A stretch of 64,000 bases of DNA, from positions 225-64,224 of IMG/VR virus record IMGVR_UViG_3300037070_003657. One strand, 5' to 3'. The DNA comes from a virus. Lineage: Duplodnaviria > Caudoviricetes. Below the pieces are notes generated by a model that did no database searches, was not told where the DNA came from, and saw nothing but the letters and a program-made list of their open reading frames with translations. The translations under genes were made by a program, and so were the position numbers. Positions 27,390 to 36,651 of the stretch are shown in pieces; within the stretch, counting starts at the first letter, position 1; the number at the start of each line of letters is the position of its first letter.

Positions 27390-30164
27390 TTGCCCATCGG
27401 TGGTGAGAACGTCGGCACCGCGTACGTCCGCATCCTGGCGGACGGCGGTGACCTCGACGACTCCATTGCCGACCAGATGGACAACATCGACTGGGACAAG
27501 ATGGGTCGGAAGTCCTCCAAGGAGTGGTCCGAGGGCTTCGAGGACGAGCAGAAGAAGGCCCCCAACCAGACCAAGTTGCGGGACGCCATCGCTGGGACCC
27601 TGGCACGTGGGGACTGGCTCACCCAGACCTTCTTCCGCAGCAAGAACTGGACCAACTTCCGGTCCTCGATGGAGAAGGAGTTCGGTGACGCCGGGAAGTT
27701 GGCGGCGCAGAGCCTGGAGGAGGACCTGTTCAACGGGCTCGACTTCGACGGGCTCGACCGGCGGCTCGACAACCTGACCGCCGACCTGGTCAAGGCCCGC
27801 AAGACCCTGGACGCCCAACTGAGCAAGCAGACCCAGCAGACCCTCGACGAGGCGTACGCCATGAACGTCGAGTTCAACAAGCGAGTGCTCGCCGCCGAGG
27901 TCAAGTTGCGGCAGGACCGGGACAAGCAGTGGGACCTGCACCTGAGCACCGTCCAGGACACCCTCGACGAGGCGTACGCCATGAACGTCGAGTTCAACAA
28001 GCGGGTCGACGAGGACGAGGTCAAGTTGCGTCTGGACCGGGACAAGCAGTGGGACCTGCACCTGAGCACCGTCCAGGACACCCTCGAAGAGGCGTACCGG
28101 ATGAACGTCGACTTCAACAAGCGGGTCACCGAGGAGGAGCGGCAACTGCGTCTGGACCGGGACAAGCAGTTGGACATCCACCTCCAGCGCACCCGTGCGT
28201 ACTACGAGGAGGCGTACGACCTCAACGCCAAGTTTGACAAGGCGTCCCACGAGGCGCTGCGGCGCCAGGCCATCGACCACCAGCACCTGCACCCGATCCT
28301 GCGCCAGACCATCCGAACCAGCGACCGGCTCACCGAGTCCATCGCGCGGGTGTTCGGCAAGGGCTCGCGGTCCGAGTTCCTCAACGTCTTCGGCCGCTCC
28401 GTGGGCGCGCTCTCCTCGCTGCTGGTGCTGCCGCTGAAGGCGTTCTCCGGTCTGCTGTCCATCGGCGGCAAGGTCAGCGACATGTTCGAGGGTGGCTTCA
28501 GCAAGGGGATCGTGAAGTTGACTGCCTCCTTCGGCCTGCTCGCCGTGGGCGCTGCCGGTCTGACCGTTCTGCTCGGTGGAGTGTTCGTCGCCGTGGGGGT
28601 GCTGACCTCAGCCTTGTTGTCCCTGGCCGGTGCCGCCGTCGCCGTCGCCTCCTCCCTCACGTTCGCCCTGGCCGGTGGAGCCGTTGTGGCCCTGGGTGCC
28701 CTGGTCCCGCTGGCTGCTGGGATCGGTGTGGCCACCCTGGCGATCATGAACATGGACGAGGAGACCAAGAAGGCGTTCGACGGCATCGGCAAGTCCTTCA
28801 AGGCTCTGGGCACAGACGCTGCTGGCAACATCTTCAACTCGGCAGCCAAGGACGCGGAGGCCCTGGAGGAGGCGGTCAAGGGACTGTCGGTCATCACCGG
28901 TCCCGTGTCGAAGGCGCTCGGTGGGCTGCTGGACGAGTTCATCGACTCCCTCTCCGACCCGGCCCTGGTCAACTTCCAGGCGTTCCTGGGCCGCACCCTG
29001 CCCGGCATGGTCACCTCCCTGGGTCACATCGTGGGCAACTTCGGTGAGATTTTCATGGGCATCTGGATCGCCATCACCCCCTTCGTGCAGCGCTTCCTCG
29101 ACTGGTTCAGCCAGGTCACCCAGGAGTTCGCCAACTGGGTCAACTCGGCCGAGGGGAAGAACACCATCCGCCAGTTCCTGGAGGACGCCTTCGACTCGGC
29201 GGAGTCCCTGGGTGGGGCGCTGGAGGAGATCATCGGGCTCATCGGTGACCTCTTCGGGGTCAGCCGGGAGACCGGTGACAGCATCTTCGACACCCTGGCC
29301 GGAAAGGTCGAGGAGTGGCGGGCGGCGCTGAACCGGGCCAAGGAGGACGGCGTCATCCAGCAGTGGTTCAGAGACGCCAAGGAGACCACCGATGAGATCG
29401 GCCGGATGGTCGAGGCCATCGGCAAGTTCGCTGACGCTATGGACACCCCGGAGAACCGGGAGACCGTCCGTCAACTGACGGGCCTGTTCGACGACCTGCT
29501 CCTGATCATCGAGACCCTGGCCCCGGTCTTTGTCTCCGCCTTCCACTCGATGGGTATCGCCATCGAGCCCGTTGCCACCGCCATCCGCCAGACCAAGGCA
29601 GCCTTCAAGGACTTCGGTGGGACCGTCCGCACCATCTACAACTCGATGATCGGACCCGCCTTCTCCCAGATTCTGAAGGCCATCGGTGGAGTGCTCGGAA
29701 AGATGGGCGACCTGTTCGGGGCGCTGGCCTCCGTCAAGGGCGCCCCCGACTGGATCGGCAAGACCGCTGACGCCCTTCACGGGGCCGAGGACCAGACCAA
29801 CCAACTGGCCGACGCCATCCGAACCATCCCCGACGCCGACATCAAGGTCACCGGTCCCAGCGACGCCACCATCAACAAGATCGAGGCCCAACTGGCTGGC
29901 CTGTCCCGCCCGCGTACCGCCACGATCACCGTCAACACCCTGCTGACCGGTCACCCCGGCCCTGGTGCTGGCGGTCAGGACGACCGTGGCGTCACCGCCG
30001 TGACCACCCCCACCACCAGCAACCCCGGCGGCAAGCCCACCACTGGACAGGGTGGCAACAGCAGGACGGTCAACGCCAACGGCTGGCAGATCGTCACTCC
30101 CACCAAGGACCCCGAGGCCGTCGCCGCAGAGGTCCTCAACCGCCTCGCAGGCGCAGGATACTGA
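27390..30164 (+). CDS. tape measure protein
   Basis: 924 aa, VGTAYVRILAD N-terminus, helical with hydrophobic centre, follows the chaperones. Confidence 0.9.
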   Translation: MPIGGENVGTAYVRILADGGDLDDSIADQMDNIDWDKMGRKSSKEWSEGFEDEQKKAPNQTKLRDAIAGTLARGDWLTQTFFRSKNWTNFRSSMEKEFGDAGKLAAQSLEEDLFNGLDFDGLDRRLDNLTADLVKARKTLDAQLSKQTQQTLDEAYAMNVEFNKRVLAAEVKLRQDRDKQWDLHLSTVQDTLDEAYAMNVEFNKRVDEDEVKLRLDRDKQWDLHLSTVQDTLEEAYRMNVDFNKRVTEEERQLRLDRDKQLDIHLQRTRAYYEEAYDLNAKFDKASHEALRRQAIDHQHLHPILRQTIRTSDRLTESIARVFGKGSRSEFLNVFGRSVGALSSLLVLPLKAFSGLLSIGGKVSDMFEGGFSKGIVKLTASFGLLAVGAAGLTVLLGGVFVAVGVLTSALLSLAGAAVAVASSLTFALAGGAVVALGALVPLAAGIGVATLAIMNMDEETKKAFDGIGKSFKALGTDAAGNIFNSAAKDAEALEEAVKGLSVITGPVSKALGGLLDEFIDSLSDPALVNFQAFLGRTLPGMVTSLGHIVGNFGEIFMGIWIAITPFVQRFLDWFSQVTQEFANWVNSAEGKNTIRQFLEDAFDSAESLGGALEEIIGLIGDLFGVSRETGDSIFDTLAGKVEEWRAALNRAKEDGVIQQWFRDAKETTDEIGRMVEAIGKFADAMDTPENRETVRQLTGLFDDLLLIIETLAPVFVSAFHSMGIAIEPVATAIRQTKAAFKDFGGTVRTIYNSMIGPAFSQILKAIGGVLGKMGDLFGALASVKGAPDWIGKTADALHGAEDQTNQLADAIRTIPDADIKVTGPSDATINKIEAQLAGLSRPRTATITVNTLLTGHPGPGAGGQDDRGVTAVTTPTTSNPGGKPTTGQGGNSRTVNANGWQIVTPTKDPEAVAAEVLNRLAGAGY
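27840..28241 (+). repeat. 120-bp tandem repeat (about 3.3 copies) in tape measure gene
   Basis: TLDEAYAMNVEFNKRV...RDKQWDLHLSTVQD units at 27840, 27960, 28080 and a partial at ~28200. Confidence 0.95.
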
Positions 30165-30174
30165 GGAGCACGAG

Positions 30175-30213
30175 ATGGCCTGGCCTGGATGGTTCCAGTT
30201 CGACGGCAGCGAG
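30175..30213 (+). other. orphaned original 5' end of minor tail gene (MAWPGWFQFDGSE)
   Basis: SD GAGGAG plus ATG; 13 codons nearly identical in protein to the copy at 30748. Confidence 0.8.
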
Positions 30214-30230
30214 AGTGCTAGTGTCCTGCC

Positions 30231-30731
30231 ATGCGTAACTGTACCCATCCAGGCTGCGACCGCCCCTACCGACGCAGCGGCTACTGCTCATCCCACGCTC
30301 GGCAGTTCCGCCAGTGGGGGAAGACGTTCGATCTCACCAGCACGGGCAGAGCGATGCACCGGTGCCAAGAGCCTGAGTGTGACGAGGTGGCCACGGGGTT
30401 CTGCGAGAAGCACATGCCCGAGTGTGCAGCGGTCGGTTGCAGCGACCCTCGTCGCTCCCACTTGGCCACCTACTGCGAGGTGCACCACAAGCGGAACTAC
30501 TTCCTCCACCGGAACTTCAACATCTCTCTCCCAGAAGTCGAGGAGATGCTGGACCAGCAAGACAACCGGTGCGCGATCTGTCGCCGGAACGGTCCGGCGA
30601 CACTGCACCTCGACCACTGTCACGAGACCGGTCGGATTCGTGGCCTACTCTGTGGCAACTGCAACAGAGGAATCGGGCTCCTTGCCCACGACCCAGAGGT
30701 ACTGCGGCGAGCAGCCGACTACCTCGCGTAG
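30231..30731 (+). mobile_element. endonuclease VII-family (HNH) homing endonuclease gene
   Basis: QDNRCAIC...LHLDHCHETGRIRGLLCGNCNRGIG...LRRAADYL; codon usage differs from neighbours; flanked by the duplicated gene start. Confidence 0.9.
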
Positions 30732-30747
30732 GGGGTGAGTTGGAACT

Positions 30748-32161
30748 ATGGCATGGACAGGCTGGTTCCAGTTTTGACGGCTCAGAGATCATCAACGCCC
30801 AGCGGACCGAGCAGTACGCCGCCAACCTGCGGCTGCCCTGGTTCAAGCCGGTCTACAAGAACGACTCGCTGGGGTACATGCTCGGGGACGACGTTGCCTA
30901 CCGCACCCCGCTGCTCGACAACGCCCCCTGGATGGACAACGACGCCGATGAGAGCGCCGACTTCCTCGGCCTCTACCCGCTCGACGTGGTGGGCATCGAG
31001 GCGTCCTCACGGCAGGCCAGCATCATCGAGTCCACCCGCAACGGCGGTGCCGTACGCGGGGTCCGGCACGGCACCAAGTCCATCGTGTTCAGCGCGGTGC
31101 TCATCGCCCTCTCCGAGGACGGGGTGGAGTACGGCCACCGCTGGTTGAAGCAGGTCCTCAACGGTGCGCCCTGCGTCAGCGGGGACTGCGGTGGGGGCGC
31201 CCTGTGCTACCTGTCGGCCGAGCCCAACATGGAGATTCCCCAGCCCACGGACGGCTACACCATCGGGTACGAGGAGGTCAGCGGGTACGGCGACGGGCTC
31301 TACGGCGACGGCCCCTACGGTGGCAGCAACGTCGTCATGGTTCCGCCGCAGCAGCAGTCCTTCTTCGACCCGACCCCCTGCCTGGACCCGCTGATGCGGT
31401 CCTTCCGGGACGTGACCGTCACCTCCGGCCCCCTCGTGACCAGCAAGATGAAGTTGTCGGACGGCTCCCACGCCTGGGCTGTCACCTTCACCGCCACCGC
31501 CTCCAACCCCTACGAGTTCGGCCGCGAGGTGGCCGTGATCGAGGGCTTTCTAGACCCTGCGGTGGACGTGCCCTGGGCTGAGGGGATCGTGCCCGGCTCC
31601 TACGACGCGCTGGGCACGGTGTACGACGAGGTCCCCTGCTACGACGCCGTGCCCGGCCCGGTCTACGACCCGCTGTGCCCGGCCCTGATCCCGCCACCGG
31701 CTCCGGCCGACGTGCCGCTCGGGTGCTACACCGCCCCGGCGAACTGGCACCGCCGTCAGATCACCATCCCGAAGGAGAACATCCCCCTGTGGGGCGACGT
31801 GCTCCCGATCATCCGCGTCCACGCCAGGGACGCCGAGGTGCGAGCCCTGCGGTTGCGGTTCTACACCGACGTGGACGAGACCGGCGACCCCAACGTGGAC
31901 CCGTGCTCCTTCTGCGGGGACATCGTGCTGTCCTACATCCCCAGGGGCGGCACGCTGGTGTTCGACGCCGCCTCCGAGGCCATCTACGTGGAGACCCCCA
32001 ATGCCAGCCGCCGTGCCGACTCCCTGGTGTTCAGCACCGAGGGCAAGCCCTTCGACTGGCCCGCGCTCACCTGCGGGTTCGGCTACATCGTCACCTTCGA
32101 CACCACCCAGACCCAGGCGCCGCCGATCATCGACCTCTCGCTCATCTCGCGGGTGATCTGA
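30748..32161 (+). CDS. minor tail (distal tail-like) protein; needs a +1 shift at TTT TGA C (30772-30778)
   Basis: ATG GCA TGG ACA GGC TGG TTC CAG TTT T GAC GGC TCA GAG ATC; body EIINAQRT...APW.D....S..F.G follows the tape measure. Confidence 0.75.
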
Positions 32162-32162
32162 C

Positions 32163-35100
32163 TTGCCCAGCGAGACGTTTGACTTCACCGGAGGTTGGCA
32201 GAAGTTCCGCGTTCCCGACGATGTCCAGGAGATCGACATCGACGTGCGCGGAGCAGGCTCCGGCGTCAACCACGGCGGTCGCATGACGGCCACCATGAAC
32301 GTCAACCCCCGCCAGGAACTCTGGCTGATGGTCGGGCGGGAGGGGAAGTCCCGCAACGGGCACCAGGGCGGTGGCGACGCCTGGGGCGGTGGCGCACGAG
32401 GCGGCGACGGACGCGGTGGCGGTACCCAGGGCGGCAACGGTGGCGGTGGCGCGAGCGCCATCCGCAAGGGCTCGCACGACGGCACCATTGCAGCGGTCGC
32501 CGGTGGCGCTGGCGGTAACTCCGGGGACGGCGGCAAGGGTGGCGACGGCGGAGGCAACAACGGCGAGAACGGGTCCAACGGCAACGCGGGCTCTGGCGGC
32601 ACCACGGTCGCCAGGGGCGGCTCGCAGGACGGCGGTGGGGCTGGAGGCCGCTCGTCTCGTGGCGGCTACTGGACGGGCCAGGACGCGCCTGACGTGAAGT
32701 TGGCCCAGGGCGGCGTGGGCGCCTCGGCCAACAGGGACAAGACTGACGGCGGCGGTGGCGGCGGCGGTGGCTACTACTCCGGTGGTGGTGGCCAAGCCTC
32801 AGCCCCCGGCTTCACCCCTGGTGGCGGTGGCGGTGGTGGCTCGAACTACCGGGGCGGCTCGCTGTCCAACGTCGAGTTCATCCGAGGCGGCGGCGGCATC
32901 GGCAACGGCCGGATCATCCTGTCGTGGAAGCCCCCGACCGTCGACATCACCCCGCCTCCTCCGCCGAGCAACCTGAACTTCACCGGTCTGGTCATCGACA
33001 ACGAGACTCCGACCCGCATCTTCGTGAACACCGTCAACCTGCTCATGGAGACCCCGGAGACTAACGACGCCTGGCTCCGTCCCATCGTTCGGTGGGGCAA
33101 GACGTGGGACTTCTCCGACGCCATCACGGTGGTCGGGGAGCGCGCCATCCCCGGCGTCATGACCTGGGCCACGCTGGCAGGGCTCGCGCCCAACACCCTG
33201 TACTACGTCCGAGCCTGGCTCCAGGACCCGGCCGGGCACATCTCGGAGTCCTACAACCAGGCGTCCTTCTGGACCAACCGTCCGCCTGAGCCGCCGGAAC
33301 TGGTGGACCCCAGCGAGAACCGCCAGTTCTCCGAGGTCGAGAACATCACCTTCAACTGGAAGCACGTAGACCCGGACGACCCGGACGCGATGCGCACGTG
33401 GGAGTTCCACTGGCGGCAGATTCCTTTCCCCGGCTCACCGCAGACGGAGTGGCAGCCCTCGATCTTCGGAGAGGGAGCCGACCTGCCCGGCAACAACAAG
33501 TCCATCGTGCTCGACGCGGGGACCTTCCAGGGCAACCGGTTCTACGAGTGGACCGTTCGCACGATGGACGGTGCCGGGGTATGGGGCGACTGGGCTCGGC
33601 CCAACTCGCTGTACGTCATCAGCGAGACGATGCCTCCGCGCCTCACCTTCCCCATCAACGACGAGGCTGCCATCGGTGAGGACCCGCTGTTCATGCGGTG
33701 GGTGTTCGTCGACCCCGAGGCCGGGTCCACCCAGCAGAAGGCGGACCTGCGCTACCGGGCGGTGGGCACCATCGACTGGATCACCCTGTACGGCGAGCCC
33801 GACCCCGGCCAGCCCGGACCCATCCAGGAGTGGGTCATTCCGAACGGCACGTTCCAGCCCGGCTACCGCTACGAGTGGTCGGTCCGGACCTACAACGAGG
33901 ACGGGTTCGACTCGGACTGGGCAGAGCCCAAGACCTTCTGGGCGGTCGAGCGTCCAGGCACCGGGCTGAACGTCGTCATCGGACTGGAGCCCCGGCCCGA
34001 GATGCCCCCACTGGGGTGCGGGGTGAACCGGTTCTTCATCTACGACCGGGGTGGCGAGGTGTTCCGTGGGGAACTTACCCCGATCCAGCAGTTCTCCTAC
34101 GGCCGGAAGCGTGACGACATCTCCTCCTGCACCCTCGCGCTGAACGGCTTCGGCAAGGACTGCGGGGAACTGCTCTCGCAACTGCGCACCTGGATGCACG
34201 AGATCGTGGTGTTCCGTGATGGCAAGCGGGTCTGGGAAGGGCCGATCAGCCGCATCGACCTCGGTGTGGGCGAGGCGGAGATCGAGGCCAAGGACGTGAT
34301 GAACTACGTCTACCGCCGGATCATGCGCCAGGGCTACAACGACACCGCGAAGTACCACCCGGAGACCGACTCCGTCTCAGGTGGGTACTCGGTGGTGAAG
34401 CGCGCCACCTCCATCGTCATGAACTGCCTGGCCTACGACGACCCCAACGTCTTGAAGTGGATGACCGCGCTCGACCACAGCGACGACGCGATCCAGCACC
34501 GGGCCGTCCCCGACTACTCGAAGATGGCGTGGGAGGAGATCGACGACATGGCTGCCCACGCCGGTCTCGACTACACGGTCTCCGGTCGGCGCATCATGTT
34601 CTGGGACACCCACCGCCCCATCGGTCGCCTGCCCGAGATGAGGGACGGGCACTTCTCCGAGCCGCCCCGCATCACGGAGTACGGGATGCAGTTGGCCAAC
34701 CACCTCGGCACCACCAACGGCCAGGGTGTGTACGGCGTCGCGGAGCGAGGCATGAGCCCCGGTGGTGGGGTGCCGCCGTTCTACGGCTGGGTCGAGCAGT
34801 TGATCAGCGCGTACGGCGAGACCGAGGGCACCGCCCCCGAGGCGCTGACCCGTGCCGCCCGTGCCGAACTGGAGCAGGTGCTCGCCCGGCAGAGTGACCG
34901 GAACATCGCCGGGCGCTGGCCCGCACCGGTGATCGTGCGCGTCCCCGACAACGCCTACCTCAACCCGGACATCCAGGTCTCGTTCGACCACCTCATCCCC
35001 GGCGTGTGGATTCCGGTCCGGGCGGTGGGCACCGTGCGCGAGGTGGCCCAGTGGCAGAAGTTGGACTCGGTGACCGTCACCCAGCAGGGTGGCGACGAGG

Positions 35101-35180
35101 AGAAGATCGCGGTCGTCATGAGCCCTGCCCCCAACGACGGGCTCGACCCCGACGCCGACGCTGCCTCCGAGGAGGGCTGA
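32163..35180 (+). CDS. minor tail protein: Gly-rich domain + FN3-like repeats + baseplate hub domain
   Basis: ALK/LTK-like Gly-rich N-terminus; YYVRAW, YEWTVRT, YEWSVRT repeats; W.RKRDDIS..., HEIVVFRDGKRVWEGPI hub motif. Confidence 0.85.
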   Translation: MPSETFDFTGGWQKFRVPDDVQEIDIDVRGAGSGVNHGGRMTATMNVNPRQELWLMVGREGKSRNGHQGGGDAWGGGARGGDGRGGGTQGGNGGGGASAIRKGSHDGTIAAVAGGAGGNSGDGGKGGDGGGNNGENGSNGNAGSGGTTVARGGSQDGGGAGGRSSRGGYWTGQDAPDVKLAQGGVGASANRDKTDGGGGGGGGYYSGGGGQASAPGFTPGGGGGGGSNYRGGSLSNVEFIRGGGGIGNGRIILSWKPPTVDITPPPPPSNLNFTGLVIDNETPTRIFVNTVNLLMETPETNDAWLRPIVRWGKTWDFSDAITVVGERAIPGVMTWATLAGLAPNTLYYVRAWLQDPAGHISESYNQASFWTNRPPEPPELVDPSENRQFSEVENITFNWKHVDPDDPDAMRTWEFHWRQIPFPGSPQTEWQPSIFGEGADLPGNNKSIVLDAGTFQGNRFYEWTVRTMDGAGVWGDWARPNSLYVISETMPPRLTFPINDEAAIGEDPLFMRWVFVDPEAGSTQQKADLRYRAVGTIDWITLYGEPDPGQPGPIQEWVIPNGTFQPGYRYEWSVRTYNEDGFDSDWAEPKTFWAVERPGTGLNVVIGLEPRPEMPPLGCGVNRFFIYDRGGEVFRGELTPIQQFSYGRKRDDISSCTLALNGFGKDCGELLSQLRTWMHEIVVFRDGKRVWEGPISRIDLGVGEAEIEAKDVMNYVYRRIMRQGYNDTAKYHPETDSVSGGYSVVKRATSIVMNCLAYDDPNVLKWMTALDHSDDAIQHRAVPDYSKMAWEEIDDMAAHAGLDYTVSGRRIMFWDTHRPIGRLPEMRDGHFSEPPRITEYGMQLANHLGTTNGQGVYGVAERGMSPGGGVPPFYGWVEQLISAYGETEGTAPEALTRAARAELEQVLARQSDRNIAGRWPAPVIVRVPDNAYLNPDIQVSFDHLIPGVWIPVRAVGTVREVAQWQKLDSVTVTQQGGDEEKIAVVMSPAPNDGLDPDADAASEEG

Positions 35181-35557
35181 TGACCAACCGAATCCCCCAG
35201 GGGGCGGACGGGTGGATGCGTGACATGGAGCGCCGGATGATGGCGGTCGAGCGCAGGCCCGTGTTCGCTCTCGGGTCGCTCGGTCCCAACATCGCCCCGA
35301 TGGCGAAGCAGATCGTCGACTGGAACTCCGACGAGGCCATGCTCAACGGGTGGGTGTGGACCGACATCAACAGCCTGAACGGTCCCAACCAGACCCGTGT
35401 CTGGATCGGCATGTCCATCAACACCACGGTGGGTCACGGGATGCAGTTGGCCTGGTCGCACGACGAGACCCTGCTGGCCCCCCAGCAGTACGTGAGGACC
35501 TACCACAAGACCGACCTCGGGGCGATCCCACTGTTCTCGGCGTGGACCCTGGTGTGA
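35180..35557 (+). CDS. minor tail protein
   Basis: TGATG-coupled; WMRDMERR...ERR, DWN, Y.RT...FSAW. Confidence 0.7.
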   Translation: MTNRIPQGADGWMRDMERRMMAVERRPVFALGSLGPNIAPMAKQIVDWNSDEAMLNGWVWTDINSLNGPNQTRVWIGMSINTTVGHGMQLAWSHDETLLAPQQYVRTYHKTDLGAIPLFSAWTLV

Positions 35558-35614
35558 GGTCCCCGTAAACACCACCTGACGTGGTTCACTGGTCGCGCAG
35601 GACGGCCACCCACG

Positions 35615-35628
35615 TTTATCCGGATAAA
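35615..35628. repeat. TTTATCCGGATAAA palindrome
   Basis: upstream of the SD of the 35659 gene. Confidence 0.95.
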
Positions 35629-35658
35629 CCAGGGCGGAGCCCAGACGGAGGAGGAACC

Positions 35659-36648
35659 GTGGCGAAGAAGTGCGGCTGTGCGTCGAACAAGTGCTCGTGC
35701 AAGATCGAGGGCGGCAACGGCATCGTCGTCCAGGGCACCGGCACCGACTCCGCCCCCTACATCATCTCCGCCGATGGCACCGGCACCGTCCTCACGGTCG
35801 AGGACACCCCCACCGTCAACCTCACCCTCACCGGTGACGGCTCCGTCGAGGCCCCCTACCTGATCAGCGCTGTCGGCGCGCCAGGCACGGTCACGGTGAA
35901 CGTCCAGCACTTCACCGGCTCCGGCACCTGGACCAAGCCCGGTGGCGTGACCACCGTCCTGGTCAAGGCGGTCGGCGGCGGCGGCGGAGGGGGCGGCGGC
36001 GCTCGTCAGACCGGCACCGGCACTCTGTACTACGGCGGCAGGGGCGGCGGCGGCGGCGGGTACACCGAGCAGACCCTGTCGGCCGCAGACATGGGGGCCA
36101 CGGTCGCCGTGACCATCGGCGCCGGTGGCACAGCGGGCTCAGGCGGCACGACACCCACCATCGGTGGCGACGGCGGCAACACCACCTTCGGTGCCTTCCT
36201 CACCGCCCAGGGAGGCAAGGGCGGAGCGGTCGGCACGACCACGCCCACTCCCGCTGCGCTCGGTGGGTGGGGCTCGACCGCCGGGGCCTCCACGGACGGC
36301 GGCAACGGCATCGGCGCGGCTGGCGGTGGCGGAGGTGGGACCTCGGACGGCACCACCAACGGCGCAGGCGCCGTGGGCGGCACGGCGTTCAGCAGCGGCT
36401 CGACCGGGGGGACGGGCGGAACGGCCCCTGGAGGGGCTGGCGGAGCAGCGACGGCATCATCCTCCAGCGCGACCGCAGGAGGCGGTGGAGGTGGCGGTGG
36501 CGGTGGGCACACAGGCACTGGTGGCGTCGGCGGGGTCGGCGTACGAGGCGGAGGCGGCGGAGGGGGCGGTGCCGGGGTCGGGGCGTCGTCCAGCGCTGGC
36601 GCCGGTGGCGTCGGTGGCGCTGGCCGCATGACAGTGATCGCGTGGTGA
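35659..36648 (+). CDS. glycine-rich tail fibre protein
   Basis: GTG after GGAGGAGG; CGC..CSC, GTGT..APY repeats, FTGSGTWTKP Gly-rich domain. Confidence 0.8.
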   Translation: MAKKCGCASNKCSCKIEGGNGIVVQGTGTDSAPYIISADGTGTVLTVEDTPTVNLTLTGDGSVEAPYLISAVGAPGTVTVNVQHFTGSGTWTKPGGVTTVLVKAVGGGGGGGGGARQTGTGTLYYGGRGGGGGGYTEQTLSAADMGATVAVTIGAGGTAGSGGTTPTIGGDGGNTTFGAFLTAQGGKGGAVGTTTPTPAALGGWGSTAGASTDGGNGIGAAGGGGGGTSDGTTNGAGAVGGTAFSSGSTGGTGGTAPGGAGGAATASSSSATAGGGGGGGGGGHTGTGGVGGVGVRGGGGGGGGAGVGASSSAGAGGVGGAGRMTVIAW

Positions 36649-36651
36649 CCC

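Noticed and set aside
30214-30787. Group I intron or intein carrying the EndoVII gene
   Set aside because: Only about 70 non-coding nt flank the 501-nt ORF, too little for a ribozyme core; no intein C/S...HN motifs; the frames differ.
20-35572. GTAAACA near 22, 20515 and 35565 as a late-promoter motif
   Set aside because: A 7-mer with three hits is near chance expectation and shows no consistent spacing to a -10 box.
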